This document shows, in pieces, positions 51,743 through 61,576 of a DNA stretch of 64,000 nucleotides. Origin of the DNA: Peptococcaceae bacterium (lineage in GTDB: Bacteria; Bacillota; Peptococcia; Peptococcales; BICA1-8); the NCBI GenBank assembly GCA_049366715.1, contig JBMNCQ010000004.1:244374-308373 (forward strand), given 5' to 3'. Every line of letters begins with the position of its first letter. The stretch's first letter is position 1. The translations under genes and the position numbers were made by a program. Under the pieces are notes generated by a model. It was not told the DNA's origin and did not search any database. It worked only from the letters and a program-made list of their open reading frames with translations.

Positions 51743-53866
51743 CTAATTTAATAGCTCGTTATTTCCCATTTCTACCTTTAATAAACTGATCTGAGATTTA
51801 AACAGTAGTATCTCCACGTCCTCGGCAATGATTTGTTCATACTGCCCGATCAAGATTTCTGCTTCTGAGAAATCCCCGTTTTCAATAAGCACTTTAATAT
51901 TATTTTTAAACTGTTTTTGTAATTGGTCCATTTCATTATTTTCTGTCCTTACCTTGCTTTTGATTCCTGCTAAAAGTTCTTCTATGCCCTTTTTCATGGG
52001 GTATGTATCCAGTGCCTTGCGCAAATACCGGATATATAGCTTAGGATCATTGTCCTTTACTTCCCCGGCTCTGGCTAAATACAAGAAAAACCGCTGCTCA
52101 TCATTTTTCAGATCATAAATCATCTCTTCGGCTAAAGTATCGGCATGATAGATACTTCGTAGATAACAGGCACCATTATCTATGTATCGTGCAAATAAAT
52201 CCAGATATTCAGCGGTAGTTAATTTTTCCGCCAGCAAAACATGCCGGGCTAAAACAATCCAGTATCTGAGTTTTGCAACCTGCCCTTCCGGTTGGTGCAA
52301 ATTTAAATATGCCAGTATTATTTCATCAAAATCCACATATTTTCCCCGGGCATACTTAAGAAAACGGTTGAGGTTTTCCACCGCACCTGTCCTGGTAAAT
52401 TGACTTAAAGCCACCTTTTCTTTGAGAAAATAAAAAATAATATCACCATAAAAATCGGGCAGGTCAGTATACGGTAAACTCAGCAATTTGTCCAGGAAAG
52501 ATTCCGGCGGAGGGATCTCCCCTGTCAGATTCAGCCGTACTTTATTTAATAAATAATAGGGTTCGGCATCCCCGGCCAAGGCATCATAAAATGCAACGAT
52601 TTTTTGATGTAAGGCTGTCTTATTTGTGTCCCGCAGATTATATTTTTCCATAGCTTTCAGGAAAACAGCTTTAATTTTCTCATTGTCGTATATTTCGGCC
52701 AGATAATTCCTGAGAAGATCATAATCACCATTATCCATACTGATTTTCAGGATTAGCTGTGATTTAAGATCGGAAGGCTCCATATCCTCGATATACGCCA
52801 TAGCTTCCTCGTATTGCTGCCGCCGGCACTTAATCAAAGCAATCTGATAATAGGCTGTATTTTCCGAATGGGCATCTAAATGATAAAAGGTTAGGCTGGG
52901 ATCTTTAGATATTCTGGTCGTGTGAAAATACTTCTTTACTTTTAGAAACCCCTGCAGATACTCCAAAGCGTTTTCGGAATCATTAACAGCCGCCAAGGAT
53001 ACCCCCGCTAAGTACCATAAATCAATAAAATCCTTAGAATACTCCAAACCTTCTTTGCAGATCTCAATAGTTTCCAAATACTTCTTATTCTGATGGGCTA
53101 TTCTAGCGTAGATACAGTGGACATAGAGAAATTCGACTCTTTTCTTAGCAGAAAGCTTTCTGATTAATTCATAAGCTTTTCTCATTTCCACCAAAGCCTT
53201 ATACTTATCCACGTTTGACCAGGAAACACCTAATTGAAATTGATAATAAATGTTTTCCGGATCCTTCTTTAATTCCTTTTCTAAGATACCTTTCGTCCGC
53301 TCAAACTTCTTGAGGGCGAACTCCCGGTTCTCCCACATATAGCCATAATGACCCAGGATGACATTACTTACTAAAGATGGCTCCTGGGCCAGGGGTTGGT
53401 TATGGACCGCCCCTCTGAATTGAAAATCCGGGGTATTGCGGAAACCTCTTTTTAAAATGCTGATGTTATGGGGAGTCTCCTGCCCGGGCACCGGTGTTTT
53501 CATATAATTTTTCATCGTAATAATCAGGGTATTGTATGGGGATAAATCCCTTTGAAACAAAGCCACCAGCTCCGCGGGGTTTTCTATTTCTTCGTCGCCG
53601 TCAATGATCCAGATCCATTCCCCCCGGGCATAAGAAATGGAGATGTTGCGCATTTCGGAAAAATTATTGGTCCAGGGATGTTCATAAACTTGGGGGGTAT
53701 ACTGCCGGGCAATTTCCCCGGTAGCATCCTCCGACCCCGTATCGATGATAATCAATTCCCCCAGCCCTGTAGCAAGGAGGGGCTTTAAGCTTTCTAAACA
53801 ACGGGCTAAATTTTTTTCTTCATTTTTCACCATCATACAAATACTGACCTTTTTTTCATAGTTCAT
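51743..53866 (-). CDS. GT2 plus TPR glycosyltransferase (putative flagellin O-glycosyltransferase)
   Basis: SICMMVKNEE, IDTGSED, WTNNFSEMRN, IDGDE, HYGY; immediately downstream of flagellin. Confidence 0.88.
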   Translation of the reverse strand: MNYEKKVSICMMVKNEEKNLARCLESLKPLLATGLGELIIIDTGSEDATGEIARQYTPQVYEHPWTNNFSEMRNISISYARGEWIWIIDGDEEIENPAELVALFQRDLSPYNTLIITMKNYMKTPVPGQETPHNISILKRGFRNTPDFQFRGAVHNQPLAQEPSLVSNVILGHYGYMWENREFALKKFERTKGILEKELKKDPENIYYQFQLGVSWSNVDKYKALVEMRKAYELIRKLSAKKRVEFLYVHCIYARIAHQNKKYLETIEICKEGLEYSKDFIDLWYLAGVSLAAVNDSENALEYLQGFLKVKKYFHTTRISKDPSLTFYHLDAHSENTAYYQIALIKCRRQQYEEAMAYIEDMEPSDLKSQLILKISMDNGDYDLLRNYLAEIYDNEKIKAVFLKAMEKYNLRDTNKTALHQKIVAFYDALAGDAEPYYLLNKVRLNLTGEIPPPESFLDKLLSLPYTDLPDFYGDIIFYFLKEKVALSQFTRTGAVENLNRFLKYARGKYVDFDEIILAYLNLHQPEGQVAKLRYWIVLARHVLLAEKLTTAEYLDLFARYIDNGACYLRSIYHADTLAEEMIYDLKNDEQRFFLYLARAGEVKDNDPKLYIRYLRKALDTYPMKKGIEELLAGIKSKVRTENNEMDQLQKQFKNNIKVLIENGDFSEAEILIGQYEQIIAEDVEILLFKSQISLLKVEMGNNELLN

Positions 53867-53930
53867 GCCATATCCTCCCCAGGTGTTAAATTGGTACTAT
53901 ATAAATCACCCGTAATTTATACACTACCAA

Positions 53931-53983
53931 TTCAACACTGAAAAAGGCCAGGGGGAAAAATCCCCTGACCCCCTAGTGTTGAA
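53931..53983 (-). terminator. Hairpin after flagellin gene
   Basis: TTCAACACT…CAGGGG/CCCCTG…AGTGTTGAA nested inverted repeat; no strong U-tract. Confidence 0.55.
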
Positions 53984-54013
53984 ACAAATGCTGTTTTCAG
54001 CCGGTCTGCTATT

Positions 54014-55240
54014 TTATTGTAATAATTGAAGTACTCCCTGGGGAGTCTGGTTGGCTTGAGCCAGCATGGCCTGAGAAGCCTGCGTTAAGATGTTGTTTTT
54101 GGTGTATTCCATCATTTCCTTGGCCATATCTACATCTCTGACTCTGGATTCAGCTGCCTGCAGGTTCTCGGAAGCCGTATCCAGGTTATTGATGGTGTGC
54201 TCCAGCCTGTTCTGTACGGAACCCAGTTTGGATCTTTCCGCAGAAACCTTGACCGTTGCGGCATCAATGGCATTGATCGCCACGCTGGCCTGCAGCTGGG
54301 TACCGACCTTCAAGCCCTTGACGCCCAGAGCAGCTGCGGACATATTTTCAATGGATAAATCAATACTCTGTCCTTCATTAGCTCCGATCTGCAGCTTAGC
54401 TGTTCCATCTAAACGCGAATCTTGAGCAGCTGTAGTTTCTTCAAAAGCGGAAAGAGCGTTAGTGGCTGCTGTTTTAACTTCCCCATCAGAACTTTCAACG
54501 GTTATAGTAAGACCATTAATAGCCCCGGCATATCCCGATGTAGCTGCTGTAAATATTAACGAGTTGTCAGCACCAGAAACAGTTGTAGTAATGTTACCAT
54601 CAGTTAAAGCAGATAAAGCAGTACCGGCAGTTACAGCTACGGTAACTGTCTCCGTACTTCCATTCTTGACATAAGAAATCGAAACAGTATCTCCATCTTC
54701 AATGCCTAAACTAGCACCTGCATTATCTTTTAAATTTGTTAATAATACTGCATCACTTGCTATAGTTCCTAACGAACTATTTGTTTGAACATTTGCCACG
54801 TCACCTGTTACTGCCCCACCTTTAGAGCCGTCTAAAAGCTTCATGGTGTTGAATTCGGTAGTGTTAGCAATTCTGGTAAGTTCTTCCGTTAACTGGTCCA
54901 TCTCATCCTGGATATTAACCCTGTCTCCTGCAGTGTTGGTATCTGTGGAAGCCTGTACAGCCAGTTCCCGCATTCTTTGCAGGATAGAATGGGTTTCATT
55001 TAAAGCACCTTCTGCAGTCTGGATCATGGAAATACCGTCTTGGGAGTTCCGGGAAGCCTGATCCAAACCTCTGATCTGACCCCGCATCTTTTCGGAAATA
55101 GCCAAACCGGCAGCGTCATCACCGGCACGGTTGATCCGCAGACCGGAAGACAATTTCTCCATGGATTTTGAAGCGGCACTTGTTCCCATTGTTAACTGAC
55201 GATGAGTGTTTAAAGCAGCAATGTTGTGATTAATACGCAT
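54014..55240 (-). CDS. fliC: Flagellin
   Basis: MRINHNIAALN, LSSGLRINRAGDDAAGLAISEKMR, QAMLAQANQ. Confidence 0.99.
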   Translation of the reverse strand: MRINHNIAALNTHRQLTMGTSAASKSMEKLSSGLRINRAGDDAAGLAISEKMRGQIRGLDQASRNSQDGISMIQTAEGALNETHSILQRMRELAVQASTDTNTAGDRVNIQDEMDQLTEELTRIANTTEFNTMKLLDGSKGGAVTGDVANVQTNSSLGTIASDAVLLTNLKDNAGASLGIEDGDTVSISYVKNGSTETVTVAVTAGTALSALTDGNITTTVSGADNSLIFTAATSGYAGAINGLTITVESSDGEVKTAATNALSAFEETTAAQDSRLDGTAKLQIGANEGQSIDLSIENMSAAALGVKGLKVGTQLQASVAINAIDAATVKVSAERSKLGSVQNRLEHTINNLDTASENLQAAESRVRDVDMAKEMMEYTKNNILTQASQAMLAQANQTPQGVLQLLQ

Positions 55241-55247
55241 TAAAAAT

Positions 55248-55280
55248 CTCCTCCTTGAAATTTATTGCCCGTCCCTGGGC
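55248..55280 (-). promoter_or_regulatory. CsrA binding sites in flagellin leader
   Basis: GCCC-AGGGAC-GGGC hairpin plus AAGGAG overlapping the SD, the same layout as B. subtilis hag. Confidence 0.75.
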
Positions 55281-55366
55281 GTATTTCTTAAAACTCACCA
55301 TTTACTAATTCTTAGATCCGGCCGCTATCTAAAAATTAGTAAAGCGATGAAAGTTTACTTAATAAT

Positions 55367-55395
55367 ATAATCGGGCGAAACAAAAAAAAATTTAG
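55367..55395 (-). promoter_or_regulatory. SigD promoter of flagellin
   Basis: CTAAA-N16-CCGATTAT. Confidence 0.8.
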
Positions 55396-55444
55396 CTTTT
55401 TTTGCTAAATTTTTTCCTATTTCGTCTTTTTCAGTATTTCTTAT

Positions 55445-55810
55445 CTATTTGGCAGCGACTTTTTTCAAAATAGCAAGATCAGTGGTGTTTTGCCGTACCC
55501 TGCGTTCCAAGTCCGCAACTTTTTCCGCATTATCCGTTCTATATTCAGCCAAAAAGGCCGTCTGTTCAATAATGGTATTTTGTTTCCCTTCTATCCGGAT
55601 TACTTTTTCCTCTCCTGCAGATAACCTCTCCTCTACCGCAGACAACCTTTCTTCCACGCCGGTCACCTTTTGTTCTACACTGAATAGTCTTTGTTCTACT
55701 TGGGACATTTTTTGTTCAATATCAGACAGCTTAGCAACCATGCCGTTTTGGTTTGCTTCGATATTAGATATTTTCGCAACCAATAGCTCCAACAGTTCTC
55801 TATCCGTCAT
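55445..55810 (-). CDS. Hypothetical heptad-repeat coiled-coil protein
   Basis: IEQKMSQ VEQRLFS VEQKVTG VEERLSA VEERLSA GEEKVIR; RBS; own CTGACA-N17-TAAAAT promoter. Confidence 0.75.
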   Translation of the reverse strand: MTDRELLELLVAKISNIEANQNGMVAKLSDIEQKMSQVEQRLFSVEQKVTGVEERLSAVEERLSAGEEKVIRIEGKQNTIIEQTAFLAEYRTDNAEKVADLERRVRQNTTDLAILKKVAAK

Positions 55811-55945
55811 ATCTGCCAGCCCCTTCCCTCTATTTCCAATTTTAGCAAAAGAGAAGAAACTTGTCAGTAAAATCTGCTCCCGGAAATAATTTATTTTGTA
55901 GAAAAATAATTAGTTCCATCGTTTTATCTGTTCTGCAGTTTAATG

Positions 55946-56185
55946 TTATTCCTGCCCGTTATTTTTAAATACATCAGCCAGGATATGCAGATCTTTAAAG
56001 GCCAGGGCGGCCAGTTTATTTTCCTCCTGAATCGCTTTATATACTTCTTCCCGGTGTATTTCAATATCCGCCGGGGCATCAATACCCAGTTTTACCGTAC
56101 CGTCGGGGCGGACCTCTACCACCGTTATTTTTATATGATCGGCTATGATTATGCTTTCATTTTTTCCTCTACTTAGCACAAGCAT
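55946..56185 (-). CDS. csrA: Carbon storage regulator CsrA
   Basis: MLVLSRG..ESIII…VKLGIDAP…IHREEVY. Confidence 0.95.
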   Translation of the reverse strand: MLVLSRGKNESIIIADHIKITVVEVRPDGTVKLGIDAPADIEIHREEVYKAIQEENKLAALAFKDLHILADVFKNNGQE

Positions 56186-56639
56186 CTTTAACTGCCCCTT
56201 TAGATTGTTTTAATTCCTCAAGGAGGTAGTGTTTGGTGGTATATCTTTTATCATTCAGTATGATCTGCTTACCCAGGAGATTCTTCGTATTAATTACGAG
56301 GGGAGCCAGTAAATTGGCGGTAGTTTTTTTTAAATCTTCCGGTACTACGACGATAGCAAATATGGCAACATCTTCAGTTTCCGCTATTTTTAATTCCTCT
56401 ACGACAGCCTCCGGAATGTCCAATTCATAATCCGGTCTGAATAAAAAAGGGTTAATAATCACAAAAGCCAGTTCCCCGTCTTCTACCGACTGGAGCCAGG
56501 CAAAAGGCACATCCTTGTTTTCATTTTCTATAATAAAGAATTTTTTCATCTCCTCAAAGGCCATAATGCCCTGCGGAAAATGAATTATCCTGCTTTCATC
56601 AATTTCTACTTCACCAAAGTGCTTCGTTTTAAACAGCAC
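56169..56639 (-). CDS. fliW: Flagellar assembly factor FliW
   Basis: [31 protein letters not shown]. Confidence 0.95.
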   Translation of the reverse strand: MLFKTKHFGEVEIDESRIIHFPQGIMAFEEMKKFFIIENENKDVPFAWLQSVEDGELAFVIINPFLFRPDYELDIPEAVVEELKIAETEDVAIFAIVVVPEDLKKTTANLLAPLVINTKNLLGKQIILNDKRYTTKHYLLEELKQSKGAVKDACAK

Positions 56640-56754
56640 GAATATTCTCCCCCAATATAAGATAGTATGTATCTTCACCGCTACCTATAGCTGCTGCGGC
56701 ACCTGCAGAATACCTCTATCACTTGCCCACTTGCTTTTTTTACTTTTTCAGGCT

Positions 56755-57297
56755 TTATCCCTGCTCATTAATATAATTAAAATCGATATCAGGCCACTGA
56801 CGCAGGAATATCTCAACCCTGCCGGGCAGGTAGTCAATCACCGGCTTGCGTACTTCATAGCTTATTTGCGGTTTATTCAGCTGCCACTCTATTTCAAGAT
56901 GTCCGGTAACCTCAAACTCAGGCCGGCTTTGGGGAATAAAGCCTATGTTAAAATCACGGGCCGGGAAAGCACGCTTAGCTCCGAGCACAGCGATGGGGTT
57001 CCCCCCCTTTTCTATCTGGGCCAGCATATCCCCTTCCTGATTCATCTCGGCAATATTCCGTAAAAACTTATTGTAATTTCGCTGGCGTATTTCCTTCATT
57101 AGATCCAGCGGACGTTTGAGCCCTGCCTCAGCAAAACACCGGTATTGATCAATCAACACTTTAGGCAGTTCCCGGTCAATCTTCAGCTCTGCCCTAGGCT
57201 GCTCAATATGTAATTCCCCTCTGGGTTGTTCAATGCGCTGTCTGCCCCAGATCGTATTTATCCCGAGCAAAGCCGGTGTGGTCCTAATTTGGAGCAT
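56755..57297 (-). CDS. YviE/DUF6470-like protein
   Basis: LQIRTTPALLG…IEQP…IDQYRCFAEAG; lies between flgL and fliW. Confidence 0.8.
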   Translation of the reverse strand: MLQIRTTPALLGINTIWGRQRIEQPRGELHIEQPRAELKIDRELPKVLIDQYRCFAEAGLKRPLDLMKEIRQRNYNKFLRNIAEMNQEGDMLAQIEKGGNPIAVLGAKRAFPARDFNIGFIPQSRPEFEVTGHLEIEWQLNKPQISYEVRKPVIDYLPGRVEIFLRQWPDIDFNYINEQG

Positions 57298-57339
57298 AAG
57301 CTCACTCCTTTATATTTATACCCGCCGCAAACGTACCCG

Positions 57340-58245
57340 TTAACTTAGAAAATCGGCTAAAGAGGGTTGAATGATCTTGGCGCCTGCGGCCAGAGAAGCC
57401 CGGTAAACATTTTCCTGATTTGTCAATTCAATAATTAATTGGGCCATATCAACATCTTCATTCGTACTTAACACTTTTTGATAACTGGTTTCCATGTCGG
57501 CCAGCCTGTTGTTAATCAATTCCAGACGATTATATTTAGCACCCACTTCCGAGCGGTAACTTAAGACATTATTCATATGGTCATCCAGTAAGGCCAGATC
57601 CGTACTCCCCAATTCATCATAGTTACCGTTTTCTAAATCAGTAACAATTTTATCTATTGTCGCAAAGATGCTGTTAGAAGTATCAGGGGTATCCCCGCTA
57701 AAATCAATGCCAAAAACACTGCCGTCTAAGTTGACCTGCATTAAAATATTTTCTCCGGTTTCATAATTAATCGGCTCGGTATTCCCCTCCCATTCCCCGC
57801 TGGCGGCATTATATACCTGCTGCATAGTGTGGGTCCCACCGAATATATAACGGTCATCTAAAGAGGTATTGGCTACATCGGCTATTTCTTCCTTGAGCTG
57901 TTTGATCTCATCAGAAATGGCTTTTAACGAAGATTCGTCATTGCTGCCGTTGGAAGCTTTGACAACCAGTTCCCGGACTCTGTGGATTACCTCATCATAC
58001 GTATTCAAAGCACTATCGGCTCTTTCTACCCAGGATATGGCGTCCCCGACATTTTTTTGAAACTGTTCATTTTGGCGCAGCTTGGTGCGCAAACGCAATG
58101 ATGTCACGATTCCGGCAGGGTCATCGGAAGGTTTGTTAATCTTAGAACCTGTGGCCAGCTGTATGTTTAACTCATCCATTCTGCCCAGATTGTTATTATA
58201 ATTGCGCAGAAAGTTGCTGATTAAAACACTTTGCGTAATTCTCAT
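57340..58245 (-). CDS. flgL: Hook-associated protein FlgL
   Basis: MRITQ, KPSDDP, YIFGG, IIQPSLADFL. Confidence 0.96.
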   Translation of the reverse strand: MRITQSVLISNFLRNYNNNLGRMDELNIQLATGSKINKPSDDPAGIVTSLRLRTKLRQNEQFQKNVGDAISWVERADSALNTYDEVIHRVRELVVKASNGSNDESSLKAISDEIKQLKEEIADVANTSLDDRYIFGGTHTMQQVYNAASGEWEGNTEPINYETGENILMQVNLDGSVFGIDFSGDTPDTSNSIFATIDKIVTDLENGNYDELGSTDLALLDDHMNNVLSYRSEVGAKYNRLELINNRLADMETSYQKVLSTNEDVDMAQLIIELTNQENVYRASLAAGAKIIQPSLADFLS

Positions 58246-58332
58246 GCTTTTGCAGTCCTCCTCCATCTGTTTAATAAGAACATAACACCCTACTTTTATT
58301 CCTGCTGTCAGCTTAGCAGGTATTCTTTATTA

Positions 58333-60147
58333 TTATCTTCCCACTAATCCCAGCCTGTTAATCAGGGTATCCAGCATTTCATCTACAGCCGTTACATATC
58401 TGGCGGCTGAATTATAGGCATGCTGAAAACGGATCATATTCGTCATTTCTTCATCTAAGGAAACGCCCATGACCATCTGTCTCTTACTCTCCAACTGACT
58501 GACGACCAGCCCCTGATTTTCAACCATCCGGTCTGCTTCCCGGGCTGTAACCCCCAGCTTTGCGGTTTCTGAGCGGTAATAATCATCCAGAGTAGTCCCT
58601 TCAATCATAGTGTTATCATATTTTAACTGGGCAATATTCAAAGAATTACCGCCATCCCCGACGATATCCTCGATACCTCCATAAGGAGCACTTGTCGCAG
58701 CGGCAATTAAGTTTACCGTCTCCAAAACATCAAAATTAATTGCGATATTCCCCGCTGAAAAACCGGAGGTCTCGTCTGTCACCATAAAAAAAGAAGCAGC
58801 CTTTCCCTGGAACTCAGGCTGGGGTTCCACTCCGTCATCCGCAAAGAATCCGAGAATATTAGCAGCTGCCTCCTCTAAAGACCCGGCCGCACCATAGTTT
58901 ATTGCGACACTGCTTACCTCCAGCTTGGTTTCGTCCGCTACCGTATTACTGATCAGCCTGATTGCGCCGTCAACATTATAAGCAGTGACATTATGATTAC
59001 CGGCCGCCAGCTGGGTATTGATTTCTTGAACGAGCTCATCATTATTATTATACGAACCGTTTGTTAAAGTGATAGAAGCAGCCGGACCGCCGTCTACGCT
59101 GAAATTCAGCGTATTATTGCTGCCGTCGATAACGACCGGACCGGTAAAATCCAGCCTTTGACCATGGGAATAACCCTGATAGTTTTGTAACGTAGGCATC
59201 AGACTATCTTCCACTATATGAAAACCCTGACTGTGCTGCTGGTTTATTTTTTCTGCAAAACTACAGGCCATCTTGTCCAGCTTATCTATAAACTGGACAA
59301 CTACTTCATCCCGGGAATCAAGCATCCCTCTTAACTCGCCGTTGCGCAGCTTTACCTGAGTGCCATCGGACCAGACGACATCCGTAAAGCCTTCGGCATT
59401 AGACCTGCCCTCTATTGTATAAGTTTTATTTCCGGAGACAATAGCCCGTCCACCGATAGATACGGAGATCGACCCGAATTGGTTTTCGACCACCTCAAGA
59501 TCTACAAGCTGTGACATCTCGTCTAACAGCAGATCTCTTTTATCCCGCAAATCATTAGCCTTGGGGCCTTCTGCTTCTCCTTTAACAATTTGATAGTTCA
59601 AATCCCTGATCTGCGTAGCCAGGGAATTTAATTCACGGATATTTACATTGACAGATTCGTCAATATCCACACGAAGTTCTTCCAACTGCCTGTTCATATG
59701 ATTAAAGGTTTCTACCACCGCTTGTCCTGTCTCAATTACGGTAGTTCTAACGGCGGAACTCTCCGGTTTACGGCTTAAGTCCTCCCAGGCACTCCAGAAT
59801 AAATCCATCGTTGAACTTAATCCTGATTCGGAAGGTTCGTTGATCACGACTTCTACTTTTTCCAGCACATTACTCTTAAACTCCCAGTAACCCAGGGAAC
59901 GGTTTTCTGTCCGAAACTGCAGGTCCAGGTAGTTATCCCTCATCCGGCGCACATCATTAATTTCTACCCCAGTACCAATAAAACCGTTTACGGTTTTCAA
60001 AGGATAGGAAGAGGTCATTACTACCTCTTGACGGCTAAAGCCTTCCGTATTGGCATTGGCAATATTATGGCCTGTTGTCTCCAAAGCTTGCTGCTGGGCA
60101 GCCAGCCCTTTAGCCCCTATATTCAAACCAAAAAATGTAGTTCGCAT
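58333..60147 (-). CDS. flgK: Hook-associated protein FlgK
   Basis: TGHNIANANTEGFSRQ, NDLRDKRD, GVSLDEEM. Confidence 0.97.
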   Translation of the reverse strand: MRTTFFGLNIGAKGLAAQQQALETTGHNIANANTEGFSRQEVVMTSSYPLKTVNGFIGTGVEINDVRRMRDNYLDLQFRTENRSLGYWEFKSNVLEKVEVVINEPSESGLSSTMDLFWSAWEDLSRKPESSAVRTTVIETGQAVVETFNHMNRQLEELRVDIDESVNVNIRELNSLATQIRDLNYQIVKGEAEGPKANDLRDKRDLLLDEMSQLVDLEVVENQFGSISVSIGGRAIVSGNKTYTIEGRSNAEGFTDVVWSDGTQVKLRNGELRGMLDSRDEVVVQFIDKLDKMACSFAEKINQQHSQGFHIVEDSLMPTLQNYQGYSHGQRLDFTGPVVIDGSNNTLNFSVDGGPAASITLTNGSYNNNDELVQEINTQLAAGNHNVTAYNVDGAIRLISNTVADETKLEVSSVAINYGAAGSLEEAAANILGFFADDGVEPQPEFQGKAASFFMVTDETSGFSAGNIAINFDVLETVNLIAAATSAPYGGIEDIVGDGGNSLNIAQLKYDNTMIEGTTLDDYYRSETAKLGVTAREADRMVENQGLVVSQLESKRQMVMGVSLDEEMTNMIRFQHAYNSAARYVTAVDEMLDTLINRLGLVGR

Positions 60148-60184
60148 TTTCCTCGCCTCACTCTCAGGTTGACGTTTTCATTTT

Positions 60185-60667
60185 TTAAGCTTTTGAATCA
60201 AAAATCCTGCTGCTCTGCTGCAAATTTTTACCCTCTTTCTGGGGGTATACCACTTCCCGTTCCGCTCTGGTAAGCGTATCTATGGTAAAATGTACGATCT
60301 GCAAAGCCTGTTCTATCAGGCTGGAGTTTTCGTGATTAATTTTATTAAGCCGCTCAACGATCTCATTAAGTTCGGTAAAAATAATATTCAGTTCACTTTT
60401 ATAGGGTTCCTGAGCTTTGCCGGCAATTTCTTTCAGCGCGATAAACTCAGTCTCAACTCCCCAGACCTCAGACAATCTATTCACAATCTCCAGTCTTTGA
60501 TTTTCCAGTTTAGTGATGTGAATAATGATTGTATGTTCTTCTTTATTTAAGCGGTCCAGTTCTTTAATATCATTTCCGATTAAAACCTGCTGCTTCTTTT
60601 CCGCTATGTCCAGCAAAGTTTTATATTCAATCAGTTGTTCCTTTAAAATATTAACTAATGCTTTCAT
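60185..60667 (-). CDS. flgN: Flagellar chaperone FlgN
   Basis: Helical protein with NHENSSLI; lies between flgM and flgK. Confidence 0.88.
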   Translation of the reverse strand: MKALVNILKEQLIEYKTLLDIAEKKQQVLIGNDIKELDRLNKEEHTIIIHITKLENQRLEIVNRLSEVWGVETEFIALKEIAGKAQEPYKSELNIIFTELNEIVERLNKINHENSSLIEQALQIVHFTIDTLTRAEREVVYPQKEGKNLQQSSRIFDSKA

Positions 60668-60765
60668 AGCACACCATCCTAAATATTTTATTACGGGGCC
60701 GGCAAATGTCTACTCCTTCACTCACCCGCCGAAAAACAAAGCATATTTCCAATCCATAACTTTTC

Positions 60766-61050
60766 TCAGCCTTTTTTATCAAAAAGCATACCATTTACCA
60801 TTTTTTCGGCTACATCCCCCGCTGAAACATGATAGTTTCCCTGTTTAATGGCATTTTTTAGCTCGTTAACTTTCTCTGCACGGATTTCAGGAGCATTTTT
60901 AGCAGTATTAAAGATTTTACTTAAAACCTGCGCTTCATTGGAGACCTGCATTTCATCCTTTTTGGCCTCGACGCTGTTTACCTTGTTTTTTCCCGCTACC
61001 TTTTTCTGGTCATAGGCTTTTAACACTCCGTGCATATGATTAATTTTCAC
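60766..61050 (-). CDS. flgM: Anti-sigma-28 factor FlgM
   Basis: DEMQVS, PEIRAEKVNELKNAIKQGNYHV…VAEKM; GTG start at 61050. Confidence 0.92.
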   Translation of the reverse strand: MKINHMHGVLKAYDQKKVAGKNKVNSVEAKKDEMQVSNEAQVLSKIFNTAKNAPEIRAEKVNELKNAIKQGNYHVSAGDVAEKMVNGMLFDKKG

Positions 61051-61094
61051 TGCCGACCACCCTTTCAAAACTAAACAAAATAACACCTACCATA

Positions 61095-61123
61095 TATATC
61101 GGTAGGTGTTAAAAAATCTTTAG
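61095..61123 (-). promoter_or_regulatory. SigD promoter of flgM operon
   Basis: CTAAA-N16-CCGATATA. Confidence 0.85.
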
Positions 61124-61129
61124 GGTCTT

Positions 61130-61525
61130 TCACTCTTTTATGTGAAATTTTACTTTCGGTTTATTGACCAGTTCTTCCTTTCTCTCCTTACTGCTGAGGG
61201 GACCGGAAAATCCTTTGGCTAATTCATTAGAGCATTGCTGACAGTATCTGCCCTTTGGCATCATTTTCCCGCATCTTTCACAAGAAACAGTAAGTCCCGT
61301 GTGATTTTCACCTTCAAGCCTGCCCTCACGGACCCACTTAACAATTTTACTTTCATCAACTTCTGTAGCTTCAGACAATTCAAAGATACTGATATGAGGA
61401 TTCTTCTTTAAATGATTCTTTACTTTAACAAATTCTTCTTCCTCATTTTTCTTACAGGCCGGACAAAGATTGCTATGTAAATATACAAATACCCTGCCGC
61501 ACTGGGGGCAGTTTCTTAAATCCAT
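61130..61525 (-). CDS. YvyF-like flagellar operon protein
   Basis: RNCPQCGRVF…CPAC, WVREGRL, CERCG…CQQC. Confidence 0.88.
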   Translation of the reverse strand: MDLRNCPQCGRVFVYLHSNLCPACKKNEEEEFVKVKNHLKKNPHISIFELSEATEVDESKIVKWVREGRLEGENHTGLTVSCERCGKMMPKGRYCQQCSNELAKGFSGPLSSKERKEELVNKPKVKFHIKE

Positions 61526-61551
61526 ATTAATCTCCCTCCTATTTTCACTAT

Positions 61552-61576
61552 CTTCGACCAATTCTTATTATTTCCT
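61552..61576 (-). promoter_or_regulatory. SigH-like promoter of yvyF
   Basis: gcAGGA-N17-GAAG (…gtcGAAG). Confidence 0.5.
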
